From: Macrostomum hystrix
Lineage: Eukaryota > Animalia > Platyhelminthes
Length of the DNA: 64,000 nt
Assembly: GCA_950097015.1 (NCBI GenBank)
Contig: CATNEN010000032.1
Span: 372,001 to 436,000 of the forward strand
Direction of reading: 5' to 3'
This document shows, piece after piece, positions 33,201 to 45,900 of this stretch (positions within the stretch are counted from its first letter, which is position 1; each line of letters opens with the position of its first letter). Below the pieces are notes generated by a model, which was given only the letters and a program-made list of their open reading frames with translations, searched no databases and was not told the origin of the DNA. A program made the translations under genes and the position numbers.

Positions 33201-35257
33201 AGAATTGGAATCGTATTAAGAACTGGAATCGTATTAAGAACTGGAATCGTATTAAGAACTGAAATCGTATTGAGAACTGAAATCGTATTAAGAACTGGAA
33301 TTGTATTAAGAACTGGAATCGTATTAAGAACTGGAATCGTTTTAAGAACTGGAATCGTATTAAGAGCTGGAATCGTTTGAAGAACGTGAATCGTATTAAG
33401 AACTGGAATCGTATTAAGAACTGGAATCGTATTAAGAACTGAAAACCTTATTAAGAACTGGAATCGTATTAAGAACTGGAATCGTATTAAGAACTGGAAT
33501 CGTATTAAGAACTGGAATCGTATTAAGAATTGGAATCGTATTAAGAACTGGAATCGTATTAAGAACTGGAATCGTATTAAGAACTGGAATCGTATTAAGA
33601 ACTGGAATCGTATTAAGAACTGGAATCGTATTAAGAACTGGAATTGTATTAAGAACTGGAATCGTATTAAGAACTGGAATCGTTTTAAGAACTGGAATCG
33701 TATTAAGAACTGGAATCGTATTGAGAACTGAAATCGTATTAAGAACTGGAATCGTATTAAGAACTGGAATCGTTTTAAGAACTGGAATCGTATTAAGAAC
33801 TGGAATCGTTTTAAGAACTGGAATCGTATTAAGAACTGGAATCGTATTAAGAACTGGAATCGTATTAAGAACTGGAATCGTATTAAGAACTGGAATCGTA
33901 TTAAGAACTGGAATCGTTTGAAGAACTGGAATCGTATTAAGAACTGGAATCGTATTAAGAACTGGAATCGTATAAGGAACTGAAAACCTTATTAAGAACT
34001 GGAATCGTATTAAGAACTGGAATCGTATTAAGAACTGGAATCGTATTAAGAACTGGAATCGTATTAAGAATTGGAATCGTATTGAGAACTTAAAACGTAT
34101 TAAGAACTGGAATCGTATTAAGAACTGGAATCGTATTGAGAACTGAAATCGTATTAAGAACTGGAATCGTATTAAGAACTGGAATCGTATTAAGAACTGG
34201 AATCGTTTTAAGAACTGGAATCGTATTAAGAACTGGAATCGTATTGAGAACTGAAATCGTATTAAGAACTGGAATCGTATTAAGAACTGGAATCGTTTTA
34301 AGAACTGGAATCGTTTTAAGAACTGGAATCGTATTAAGAACTGGAATCGTATTAAGAACTGGAATCGTATTAAGAACTGGAATCGTATTAAGAACTGGAA
34401 TCGTATTAAGAACTGGAATCGTATTAAGAACTGGAATTGTATTAAGAACTGGAATCGTATTAAGAACTGGAATCGTATTAAGAAATGGAATTGTATTAAG
34501 AACTGGAATCGTATTAAGAACTGGAATTGTATTAAGAACTGGAATTGTATTAAGAACTGGAATCGTATTAAGAACTGGAATCGTATTAAGAACTGGAATT
34601 GTATTAAGAACTGGAATCGTATAAGGAACAGCAGACAAAGGCCAATATCGCTGCCATCTTTAAGAATGAATTGAAAGATATTTCTCAAGTGCATCGTTGC
34701 CATGCTCAAGTTCCTGGTTGCCATGCTCAAGTTCCTGGTTGCCATGCTCAATTTCCTGGTTGCCATGCTCAAGTTCCTGGTTTCCATGCTCGAGTTCCTG
34801 GTTGCCATGCTCGAGTTCCTGGTTGCCATGCTCAAGTTAATAGTTGCCATGCTCGAGTTCCTGGTTGCCATGCTCGAGTTCCTGGTTGCCATGCTCAAGT
34901 TCCTGGTTGCCATGCTCAAGTTAATGGTTGCCATGCTTAAGTGCCTGGTTGCCATGTTCAATGATTAGGATTTAGAATTAATGGAAAGAATTTTTTCCTC
35001 TGGTTCGATTTCAGATCCGCCTGAGCACAGTGACGCCAGTCGACCGGCCGGTCCGACCGCCACCACCCCTCTCTCAGCTGGCGATGCCGCCGCTGCGGCC
35101 GCGTGTACACGAGGACTTGCTGGATGTCTTCGGCTCTCAAATAGAAGAGAGCGCCGCTGCCGCCGCTGCCAACCCAGCGAGTTCTAACCAGGCCCAAGCC
35201 GCCGCTGCCGCCGCTAGGGTTGGTCGGAACAACTGGGAGAGCTTCGCCGATCCCTGA
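27213..35257 (+). CDS. DENND1: DENN domain protein 1 (connecdenn)-like Rab GEF, 5 coding exons, 642 aa
   Basis: Exons: 27213-27597, 28687-29132, 29859-30335, 31378-31755, 35015-35257; all GT-AG and phase-compatible. DENND1-like blocks FTDLDSRLTF, SKNPWFEVFGELLNSLA, LLCEKKLLL, LLYPFSWEHVLAPLL, FSRAFL, QSQLFDEF. The tail has LLDLD (clathrin box), PPIPPRP and a terminal WESF. The paralog (1A/1B/1C) cannot be assigned. Confidence 0.85.
27800..28400. repeat. 16-bp minisatellite (CTCATCTCTCCCCTGT) in DENND1 intron 1
   Basis: Tandem units; same family as 56500-57320 and 58190-58400. Confidence 0.93.
29165..29585. repeat. Dispersed repeat family 3, copy B
   Basis: Same orientation as, and collinear with, 26531-26920. 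Confidence 0.8.
30410..31355. repeat. 23-bp minisatellite (GATATCTGTAGCCTGTAATTATT, grading to GAGATCTCTAGCCTGTAATTGGT) filling DENND1 intron 3
   Basis: About 40 units with a polar sequence gradient. Confidence 0.95.
31790..32165. repeat. 21-bp minisatellite (GTTGCCATGCTCAAGTTAATG), left block
   Basis: Tandem units; the family resumes at 34685-34965. Confidence 0.95.
32515..34630. repeat. 18-bp minisatellite (AAGAACTGGAATCGTATT), about 115 units
   Basis: Tandem units. The AAAACCTT variant recurs at about 33117, 33444 and 33983. Confidence 0.97.
34685..34965. repeat. 21-bp minisatellite (GTTGCCATGCTCAAGTTCCTG), right block
   Basis: Same family as 31790-32165. Confidence 0.93.
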
Positions 35258-35964
35258 ATTTCCTACGTCGTCGATATATTCAACGATTCTCGTCGCGGTG
35301 TCAGGTAACAAAATCTAAAAAATCGTCAAATAGGCAGCTGGTATATGGAAAAACGTGTTTTTTCTACTTTTTACAATCGGTTATTACCTTGCTATATAGG
35401 TCCAATGCTCACTCGGCGGCCTATGTTTGCCTGTATCCACGCGGTCGCAACGCTTCGAGTTATTTGTTTTCTCAGATCTGCAATTGCCTCATGTCCTGTC
35501 CCATCATTTCAGCTAGGCTAAATATGTTTTTATTATTCTCTTAACAGTTTAATTATTTTTTACAGCATTTTATATTATAATAGCTTTGTCTTACATTTTT
35601 CGAGTTCTAGATCAGCTTTATGAGTTCCTCTCATTTCCCATTTCTGCTGGCTATGCCCTTGTTGCTATGCTACTGCTGTTGCTTTCGCTTTATCTGCAGT
35701 CCCGATTTGAAGAATTCAAAAAGATAGATTACGTTATTGCAAATTTCGCATGCAATCCTACTAACGTCAATGACTAGTAGCCAATATAGCATATTTGCAC
35801 TGTTTTGTATTAAATAAGATTGGACAAATCGTATTTGCTCGCTTATCGCATGACTTGAAGGTGACAGCCTTTTTAATTTTCACTTGTTTTGTGGCTTTCA
35901 TTGTCTTTTCTGTTTTGTCTGTTGATTTTATGCTTTAATTTAACCGCATCTTTTATCTGTAAAT

Positions 35965-38460
35965 CCTAACACTGAAATCCCTGATCGAATATATCCCAGC
36001 AACTAAATCCCTAACCAATTATATCCCAACACCGAAATCCCTAATCAATTATATCCCAACACCATGAATCCCTAACCAATTATATCCCAACACTTAAATC
36101 CCTAACCAATTATATCCCAACACTTAAATCCCTAACCAATTATATCCCAACACTTAAATCCCTAACCAATGATATCCCAACACCGAAATCCCTAATCAAT
36201 TATATCCCAACACTTAAATCCCTAATCAATTATATCCCGCCACTGAAATCCCTAACCAATTATATCCCAACACTGAAATCCCTAACCAATTATATCCCAA
36301 CACTGAAATCCCTAACCAATTATATCCCAACACTTAAATCCCTAACCAATTATATCCCAACACTGAAATCCCTAACCAATTATATCCCAACACTTAAATC
36401 CCTAACCAATTATATCCCAACACTTAAATCCCTAACCAATTATATCCCAACACTTAAATCCCTAACCAATTATATCCCAACACTTAAATCCCTAACCAAT
36501 GATATCCCAACACCGAAATCCCTAACCAATTATATCCCAACACTTAAATCCCTAACCAATTATATCCCAACACTGAAATCCCTAACCAATTATATCCCAA
36601 CACTTAAATCCCTAACCAATTATATCCCAACACTTAAATCCCTAACCAATTATATCCCAACACTTAAATCCCTAACCAATTATATCCCAACACTTAAATC
36701 CCTAACCAATTATATCCCAACACTTAAATCCCTAACCAATGATATCCCAACACCGAAATCCCTAACCAATTATATCCCAACACTTAAATCCCTAACCAAT
36801 TATATCCCAACACTTAAATCCCTAACCAATTATATCCCAACACTGAAATCCCTAACCAATTATATCCCAACACTTAAATCCCTAACCAATTATATCCCAA
36901 CACTTAAATCCCTAACCAATTATATCCCAACACTGAAATCCCTAACCAATTATATCCCAACACTGAAATCCCTAACCAATTATATCACAACACCGAAATA
37001 CCTTATCAATATATCCCAACACTTAAATCCCTAATCAATATATCCCAACACTTAAATCCCTAATCAATATATCCCAACACTTAAATCCCTAATCAATATA
37101 TCCCAACACTTAAATCCCTAATCAATATATCCCAACACTTAAATCCCTTATCAATATATCCCAACACTTAAATCCCTAATCAATTATATCCCAACACTTA
37201 AATCCCTAATCAATTATATCCCAACACTTAAATCCCTAACCAATTATATCCCAACACTTAAATCCCTAATCAATTATTTACCGCCACTTAAATCCCTAAT
37301 CAATTATATCCCAACACTGAAATCCCTAACCAATTATATCCCAACACTGAAATCCCTAACCAATTATATCCCAACACTGAAATCCCTAACCAATTATATC
37401 CCAACACTTAAATCCCTAACCAATTATATCCCAACACTTAAATCCCTAATCAATATATCCCAACACTTAAATCCCTAATCAATATATCCCAACACTTAAA
37501 TCCCTAATCAATATATCCCAACACTTAAATCCCTTATCAATATATCCCAACACTTAAATCCCTAATCAATTATATCCCAACACTTAAATCCCTAATCAAT
37601 TATATCCCAACACTTAAATCCCTAACCAATTATATCCCAACACTTAAATCCCTAATCAATTATTTACCGCCACTTAAATCCCTAATCAATTATATCCCAA
37701 CACTGAAATCCCTAACCAATTATATCCCAACACTGAAATCCCTAACCAATTATATCCCAACACTGAAATCCCTAACCAATTATATCCCAACACTGAAATC
37801 CCTAACCAATTATATCCCAACACTGAAATCCCTAACCAATTATATCCCACCACTTAAATCCCTAACCAATTATATCCCACCACTTAAATCCCTAACCAAT
37901 TATATCCCACCACTTAAATCCCTAACCAATTATATCCCACCACTTAAATCCCTAACCAATGATATCCCAACACCGAAATCCCTAACCAATTATATCCCAA
38001 CACTTAAATCCCTAACCAATTATATCCCAACACTGAAATCCCTAACCAATTATATCCCAACACTTAAATCCCTAACCAATTATATCCCAACACTTAAATC
38101 CCTAACCAATTATATCCCAACACTTAAATCCCTAACCAATTATATCCCAACACTTAAATCCCTAACCAATTATATCCCAACACTTAAATCCCTAACCAAT
38201 GATATCCCAACACCGAAATCCCTAACCAATTATATCCCAACACTTAAATCCCTAACCAATTATATCCCAACACTGAAATCCCTAACCAATTATATCCCAA
38301 CACTTAAATCCCTAACCAATTATATCCCAACACCGAAATCCCTAACCAATTATATCCCACCACTTAAATCCCTAACCAATTATATCCCACCACTTAAATC
38401 CCTAACCAATTATATCCCAACACCTAAACCCCTAATGAATTATTTCCCAACACTTGAATT
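35965..38460. repeat. 30-bp minisatellite (CACTTAAATCCCTAACCAATTATATCCCAA), about 80 units
   Basis: In-register tandem units, with a 29-bp variant block at about 37000-37560. Confidence 0.97.
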
Positions 38461-39905
38461 CTAATTGGAGATATGTTAAATTGGGATGAACCAGTCAGAA
38501 ATGACTTAAGACTCATTCTATTTTACGCATTGCATAGGTGTTACTGTCATTTCTATTCATACTTAGGTGAGCAGAATTATTATTTTAATTCTACAATCAG
38601 TTGCCTTGAGTTTTGGGTTTATTATTTTTGGAGTCAGTTTTGTTATCATAACCTCTGCCTCAGTAGTTTTAATGTCTCCTGTCTCTAATGTTTCCTTTGC
38701 ACATTTGCACCTTTACAAACAACTTTTTCCTTCTCTTTTTTATCATTTCCCTAACGCTTATCTTGTTTCTTAAAAATTGCTCAGTAAAATCTATTTCTTT
38801 TTGGCTGTTTTGTTATGCTATATCATATATATATCAGATGCTATATATTAATGTGTACCTAATTGTTTAATATTGTATATGATATTATTTCACATATTTT
38901 TGCAGCTTAGACTACAATAGTCACAGTAATGAGTGATTTATCAAAAAGATAATAAATATTTGAGTCTTAAGTGAGTCGGCTTGTCTTTCAGCTTTGCGCG
39001 CAACGTACGAAATGATGTACAAAGTAAACTTGGAAAAACTATTTTGTTAATTAATTTGAATTGCTGCCAGAAAGCTGCAAATTATAACAAAAGAAATATC
39101 GCTTGATTATCTTGTAACTTTGACTGCCATTTAACAATTTGGCGGCAACCGGAGCGCGCTGCAATCTCTGTACAACAAAATAGGACTGAAAAGAGATTGA
39201 AAACATGTGCTATTACAATAGATTCAGCATTCGATTCAGTTCTGAATGCAATGAAGCATGCGAAAATGACGCATTGGTTGACTGAAATGTAAGTACCAGT
39301 ATGCTGTGCAAGTACCAACAGTTTAATTGCCTTGACTTTATATCAAGTAAAGCAAATTTTGAAAGACTTATAGTAAAACAACTGTCGTAGTTCATTAAAA
39401 CCGGCTAAAGTGCAAACTTCAAATTAACGGCTTGCTCGCTAGTCGGCGATTGGCTGGCTGGATTTAACTGTCGTTCATTTTCATTTTTGCCCTTTTTTGT
39501 AATTTACATTGTGTATGTGCATCCTTGGTTCATAGATCCCTCACATCTAGATTTTATCTATCTTCGAACAAGCAAACGAGCAAAGCTGATTTAAATTTGC
39601 ACTGAAAATTCGCACTAAAACTTTGTTCAAATCAGCTTTCGTTGTTGATTCTCCGGAAATTGGGGTAATCAATTTTTGAATGCTGAATTGCTTTGTGCTT
39701 CTACCCAAGTACTTTAGACTACAACTTCATAGATTATCTTGCGCTGCTGCTGCTGCTGCTGCGGCTGCCGATGCAGAGACGGCTGCAGTAGGAGACTACC
39801 GTTACTGTGATCAGAATCCGAGCCTTCGTTGTTGTCTGCGAATGTTTCGTTGCGTTTCATTAGCAGAGCTATGATTGGCTAATTTTTTATCAATTAAATA
39901 AGCTT

Positions 39906-42900
39906 TTAAAGAGGCCACTCACGCGCTCCGGTTGTCAGCGGATTGTTGGCACTGATGAGGGTGGCGAACACGCGTCCACCGTTGGTTGACTGGTCCACGG
40001 ATGTCTCATCCGTGCTAGTCAGACTGGGATGTGGCGACACCATGACGAATTGCTGCTTCGGCTGGTGCTGCTGCTGCTGCTGTTGACGATGATGAAGCTT
40101 GCTGCCGTTGAATTGCTGATTCTGCATGTAACCGGTTTTTCGATCCACTGTTGAGACACCTTGATGCCTGTAACAGATCATAAGTGTTGTTTCCTTATTT
40201 GGAATTCAGAGAGGCGACCGTTTCGTGTTTCTAGGGGACTTGTATGATCGTAGAAGTGTTGGATTCAGTGGATTCCTAGTATCATGGTATTCCAAGAATC
40301 ATTTTATTCCAAGAATCATTTTATTCCTAGAATCGTGGGACTCCTAGAATCATTTTATTCCTAGAATCGTGGGAGTCCTAGAATCATGGCTTGGGATTCG
40401 AACAACTCACGAAGAGTTCTCTGAGTCGTCGCTAGAGCAGCCGGCCCCGCCTTTGCCCTTGGCTCGCCGGCTGTTGCGACAGCAGAAGAAGATCAGCACC
40501 AGCAGCAGGCAGAGGATGAGGATGCCGCAGCCGGCGGCGACGATGGCGATGGTCAGACCGCTGACCTCTGGTAGGCTCGACACTGCAGTACAGGTATAGA
40601 TGTGAAATATGCCAATTTTGCATTACACAAGCTTAAACATTTGAGAACATGTATAGAATAGAATGTACAGAAAATGTACAGAACTTATTCCACTTTTCAA
40701 TGAGACAAATATTAAACAAATCAATTTCATAAAATGGAAGTAAACCGGTGCCTCTCTCCAACAAACTGCATCAGAATTTCCTGTCTTGCAATAGACCGCA
40801 ACGTTCCTACCAAGGAATTCTACTTCTTGGTCATAAGTCCGCATTTCAATGGGATCCTAGATTCAATTTAGATGAATTTAGAAGATGCAAATTTGTAAAA
40901 TTAAATAATAATAATAATAATTAGTTTTTATTATTTAATATACCTGCCCCGATTGCGCCAGATGTGCAGCCGACAGCACAGCCGCAGATATTGCGCGGCG
41001 CATCTGAAGGCTGCGTACGGCAGTTCAGTCCATGGACTGGGGGGGCGCCTCACCCACCCGAATTACCCCAGCTAATTGTGGCACTCATTTAAGAGCTGGG
41101 TGAACTGAAGCGATGCAGAGTTGAGTGTTTTGCAAAAAGGACACCATGGTTCCTGTAGAGCCGGGAATCGAACCCCCAACCTTCAAGTCGTGAGTCCAAC
41201 GCTCCAACCACAAGGCTACAACCTCTAACAAAATTCTAGAATGTTACAAAAATGTTGAATCAATTCTATAGTACTTTCAAGACTTACTGAATGACGCAGA
41301 TTTTGAACTGGTGCCAATTTTGCTGGTACCTCGGGGCTCCGATTCCATGCTTAACTTTTTTCCGATCGTGCTCGTGTGTTTTGAGTCAGATTTTTTGAGT
41401 ATACGTCTCTAGACTAGCTTCCTCAGGGCTATGTCTCAGCGGCCCTTTTTAGAGGCACAATGGGGTTGGGGATCTTTTTGGGGGAAGGGGAGGTTGGCAG
41501 TAGGTGTGGCAATATCCTAAAACTGGGGATTATAGCGGCTGACTTTGCGCTGATCTCCGGTTGGGAAAAATTACTGCTGCTGCTGCTGCTGCTGATCTAT
41601 CTATTACGCAATCAGCGTGCTTTGAGCGTCTATAGTGAAGATCCGGCAGACAATAAATAATATTGGGATTAGGATATTTGTGTGTATGGGAGAACAGATG
41701 TTCAGCTGCATGCGATTCAATGGGAATGGATAAACGGAGCTATGGGTGAATGGGCAGCACAGGGGCTAGCATTTGGTTCATGTATTATATAGTTTAGAAG
41801 GCTGGGTGGCTGCACAAAGCAGGGTTTGGTTAGGGATCTGTGGAGTGACTCAACACTTGGGGAGGGAGGCCCAGTCGGTGCCGCCATTTTCCCGTCTTTG
41901 CACGCGAGTTTCGGAGGACAAAGACCGCCCAAATTTCCCCCAGCCCCTCAAATCCTGCTTGTGTGTTTAAGTGTTCAGTGTCTGGGCGCGGGGCTGCGCG
42001 TGTACGCTTTGAAGCAAAAATAGGCACACTCAATGCGAATCAATAAAACCGGCGAGACGATGACGAAGAAATTAAACTGGTTAGTAACTTTTCAATCACA
42101 TCTGATTGTTCGAGGGCAGACACTGAGGAAGAGACAGATAGAGAAATATAGAGAATGAGGCACTGACAACTCACAGCTAACTTTACTCGTGAGATGCAAT
42201 CTTCAATCTTTCCCTTCAATCTCTCCCTAGCATCCCTTCACTCTCTCCCTTCCCTCCCTTCATTCTCTTCCTTCCCTCCCTTCACTCTCTCCCTTGCATT
42301 CCTTCACTCTCTCTCCCTCCCTTCACTCTCTCCCTTCCCTCCCTTCACTCTCTCCCTTCCCTCCCTTCACTCTCTCCCTTCCCTCCCTTCACTCTCTCCC
42401 TTCCCTCTCTTCACTCTCTCCCTTGCATTCCTTCACTCTCTCCCCTCCCTTCACTCTCTCCCTTCCCTCCCTTCACTCTCTCCCTTCCCTCCCTTCACTC
42501 TCTCCCTTCCCTCCCTTCACTCTCTCCCTTCCCTCCCTTCACTCTCTCCCTTGCATTCCTTCACTCTCTCCCCTCCCTTCACTCTCTCCCTTCCCTCCCT
42601 TCATTCTCTTCCTTCCCTCCCTTCACTCTCTCCCTTGCATTCCTTCACTCTCTCCCCTCCCTTCACTCTCTCCCTTCCCTCCCTTCACTCTCTCCCTTCC
42701 CTCCCTTCACTCTCTCCCTTCCCTCCCTTCACTCTCTCCCTTGCATTCCTTCACTCTCTCCCCTCCCTTCACTCTCTCCCTTCCCTCCCTTCACTCTCTC
42801 CCTTGCATTCCTTCACTCTCTCCCCTCCCTTCACTCTCTCCCTTCCCTCCCTTCACTCTCTCCCTTCCCTCCCTTCACTCTCTCCCTTCCCTCCTTCCAC

Positions 42901-45900
42901 TCTCTCCCTTCCCTCCTTCCACTCTCTCCCTTCCCTCCTTTCACTCTCTCCCTTCCCTCCCTTCACTCTCTCCCTTGCATTCCTTCACTCTCTCCCCTCC
43001 CTTCACTCTCTCCCTTCCCTCCCTTCATTCTCTTCCTTCCCTCCCTTCACTCTCTCCCTTGCATTCCTTCACTCTCTCCCCTCCCTTCACTCTCTCCCTT
43101 CCCTCCCTTCACTCTCTCCCTTCCCTCCCTTCACTCTCTCCCTTCCCTCCTTCCACTCTCTCCCTTCCCTCCTTCCACTCTCTCCCTTCCCTCCTTTCAC
43201 TCTCTCCCTTCCCTCCCTTCAATCTCAACATTCCCTCCCTTCACTCTCTCTCTTCACTCTCTCTCCCTTCAATCTCTTCCTGCACTCTCTCCTTTCAGAG
43301 AGTGCATCTCTATCCAAAAAATGTGCTACTCAGTAATATATGATGTTTCATATATTTATATATTTATATATATATCCACAGTTTTATAGTTAAGAGTTAA
43401 CACTGACTATGCTGGCAGTAGCAGCAACCAACGCAGAACCCAACCCATATAGGAAATGTTGAGGGCAATGCAGATAACTAAATTCGCAACAGAGAATAAT
43501 TTTCAATTGATTTATTGGCCCATTTTAATATCCATATACCAAGAGCTTTTGAGAAGGCCGCATTGCGGGACAAAGGGGAGGATGGTAGGGGAAAATGGAA
43601 AAAGATCAAATGAACCGGAAAACAGGGGGTAGCGAAGGGACTGCACTGGACAAGCGCTGTAGGAGACTTCAAGGGTTGGGAGAATTTGTTGGGATTTTTA
43701 ACGACTGAAGATCCAGGGAACAAAGCGATGCATGAGCGATGGTTGTGACTTATCGATATGTGTGCATAGGAAAGGATTTGCTAAAACGGCGTACAGTCAA
43801 ACCCGCTTATCCTGTGTTTGCCCTGCGCTAATCTTATCTGCTGACTCAGCCAATCTCTCTCTGCGATGATTTGATGAGGGGTGAGGACTGAGGGGACGAA
43901 TTGAAGGGAACTAATGAAGGGAGGGAAGGGAGAGAGTGAAGGGAGGGAAGAGAGAGAGTGAAGGGAGGGAAGGGAGAGAGTGAAGGGAAGGAAGGGAGAG
44001 AGTGAAGGGAGGGAAGGGAGAGAGTGAAGGGGGAAGGGAGATATTGAAGGGATGGAAGGGAAAAAGTGAAGGGAGGGAAGAGAGAGAGTGAAGGGAGGGA
44101 AGGGAGCGAGTGAAGGGATGGAAGGGAAAAAGTGAAGGGAGGGAAGGGAGAGAGTTAAGGGAGGGAAGGGAGAAAGTGAAGGGAGGGAAGGGAGATATTG
44201 AAGGGATGGAAGGGAAAAAGTGAAGGGAGGGAAGAGAGAGAGTGAAGGGAGGGAAGGGAGCGAGTGAAGGGATGGAAGGGAAAAAGTGAAGGGAGGGAAG
44301 GGAGAGAGTTAAGGGAGGGAAGGGAGAAAGTGAAGGGAGGGAAGGGAAAAAGTGAAGGGAGGGAAGGGAGAGAGTGAAGGGAGGGAAGGGAGAGAGTGAA
44401 GGGAGGGAAGGGAGAGAGTGAAGGGAGGGAAGGGAGAGAGTGAATGGAGAGTTTGATTTAGTGTCATTATAAAGCTGTAAATATATTAGATCTTATAAAA
44501 ATAAGCTGCGTACTATAATTGATCAATAAGTTTCGTAGCCCATTGGTTAGAGCTTTGACTTTTGACTGAAGGGTCGGGAGTTCAATTCCATCCTAAGAAA
44601 TATTTGCAGGAAAGCTGCGGGCAATGGTACATTATTTGGTGACACTAGACCCGCAGCCAGCGAGGAAGCAATGGTGCCCATTGCACTGACTCCTGAGCAC
44701 ACAAGCATATGGATACCGTACGCAGGCACACGCTCGCTCAGGTGTGTACATCTGCCCTGACTTTCTCATCGTCAGGAAGTGTGCACTCTCACTGTGCCTT
44801 GGAGGTTGGCCATCAAGGGCGTGAACTGCATAACAAGCCTCCAAGCCTTCTCTTCGGGTCACTGCCATAGTGGAGCAAAGACAGTGAATATCAAAGCGAT
44901 CCCGCACTCACTGCTCTGAGTAGCGACTGGCGGGCCGCAGACGTTCGGCCGGGCCACAAGGCAGGCGGCCAGCCTGTAGGAGCTGGTAAAGCTGACGCCA
45001 GCCAGACGGTTGTCGGCCTCGCATCGCCTGTAGGGACTCCAGATCTTGCCTCCGTCCGAGGACACCTGATTCGGTCACGTTTAAGTTAATAAGCAAACAG
45101 CCATTGCAAGCATTAGTCACTTCGCTGTCTCCCTTCACTCCCTTATAACAATAATAATTGCACGACAAGCCCCCAAGCCTTCTCGTCCTGCGGCTGCACC
45201 CAAATACGAGCTAAATGTGGACCTCGCCGTGGAATCGAGCTTAGGGTCCGTAGGTGCGAGAGGCAAACGCGTTAACCGCTCTGCCACCGACCCCATTCAC
45301 TCCCTTAGCTGTCTTACTTTAGCTCCCTTCACTTTCTCTTTTTCCTGCTCTCTCCCGACACTTTGATCCCACAAAATCTCCCGAGAGAATCACCTCCACC
45401 CGGACGCAAAGCCCGCTCGGTGGCACCGCGAAGCTCAGCGTCGAGGCGCCGCTGTCGGCGCGAACTCCGCCCACCCCCGGCAGCTGCAGCTCCTGCGTGG
45501 TGGCGTTGATGTTGGCGCCGACACCGATGCCGCTACTGACGCCAAGGGAGTTCTTAGCCTGCACCGCGAATGAGTACGCGGTTCCGGGAAGGAGTTCGGT
45601 GACGTTGATTGACATCTCTGCGGTTGCTGACGTCAAGGGTTGCGCCGTCATGGGCACCTTGCCAGCGTGTGCCGATGTCAGGCCGAACTGGCTGACATCG
45701 GACGTTGAGGCGAAGCTCACCGAATACTGGGCTGGCAGGCCGCCATCGAAACCGGGACGCCAGGCGAGTACAGTGTGATCCCAACCAGAGAACAGAATGC
45801 TCAGATTGCTGGGCGCTTCCGGAGGGCCGGGCTTTACCACCTGCAAGTTTTTGGCGAAGAAAAGTCACGTGATTTCTGTTGAAGTACCTACATACGCTCG

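Noticed and set aside
31727-34968. Repeat ORFs (CHAQVNG, VLRTGI, IRFQFL; up to 509 aa)
   Set aside because: Artefacts of 21- and 18-bp arrays whose unit lengths are multiples of three.
35586-39874. Short ORFs between DENND1 and the Ig gene
   Set aside because: AT-rich, no recognisable motifs or splice-consistent structure; likely UTR or intergenic.
42194-43343. 380-aa and 349-aa Ser/Leu/Pro-rich ORFs
   Set aside because: A C/T-only tract cannot contain stop codons; low complexity and intronic.
44534-44589. Functional tRNA-Lys gene
   Set aside because: No acceptor stem, and the anticodon stem pairs poorly; kept only as a tRNA-like fragment.
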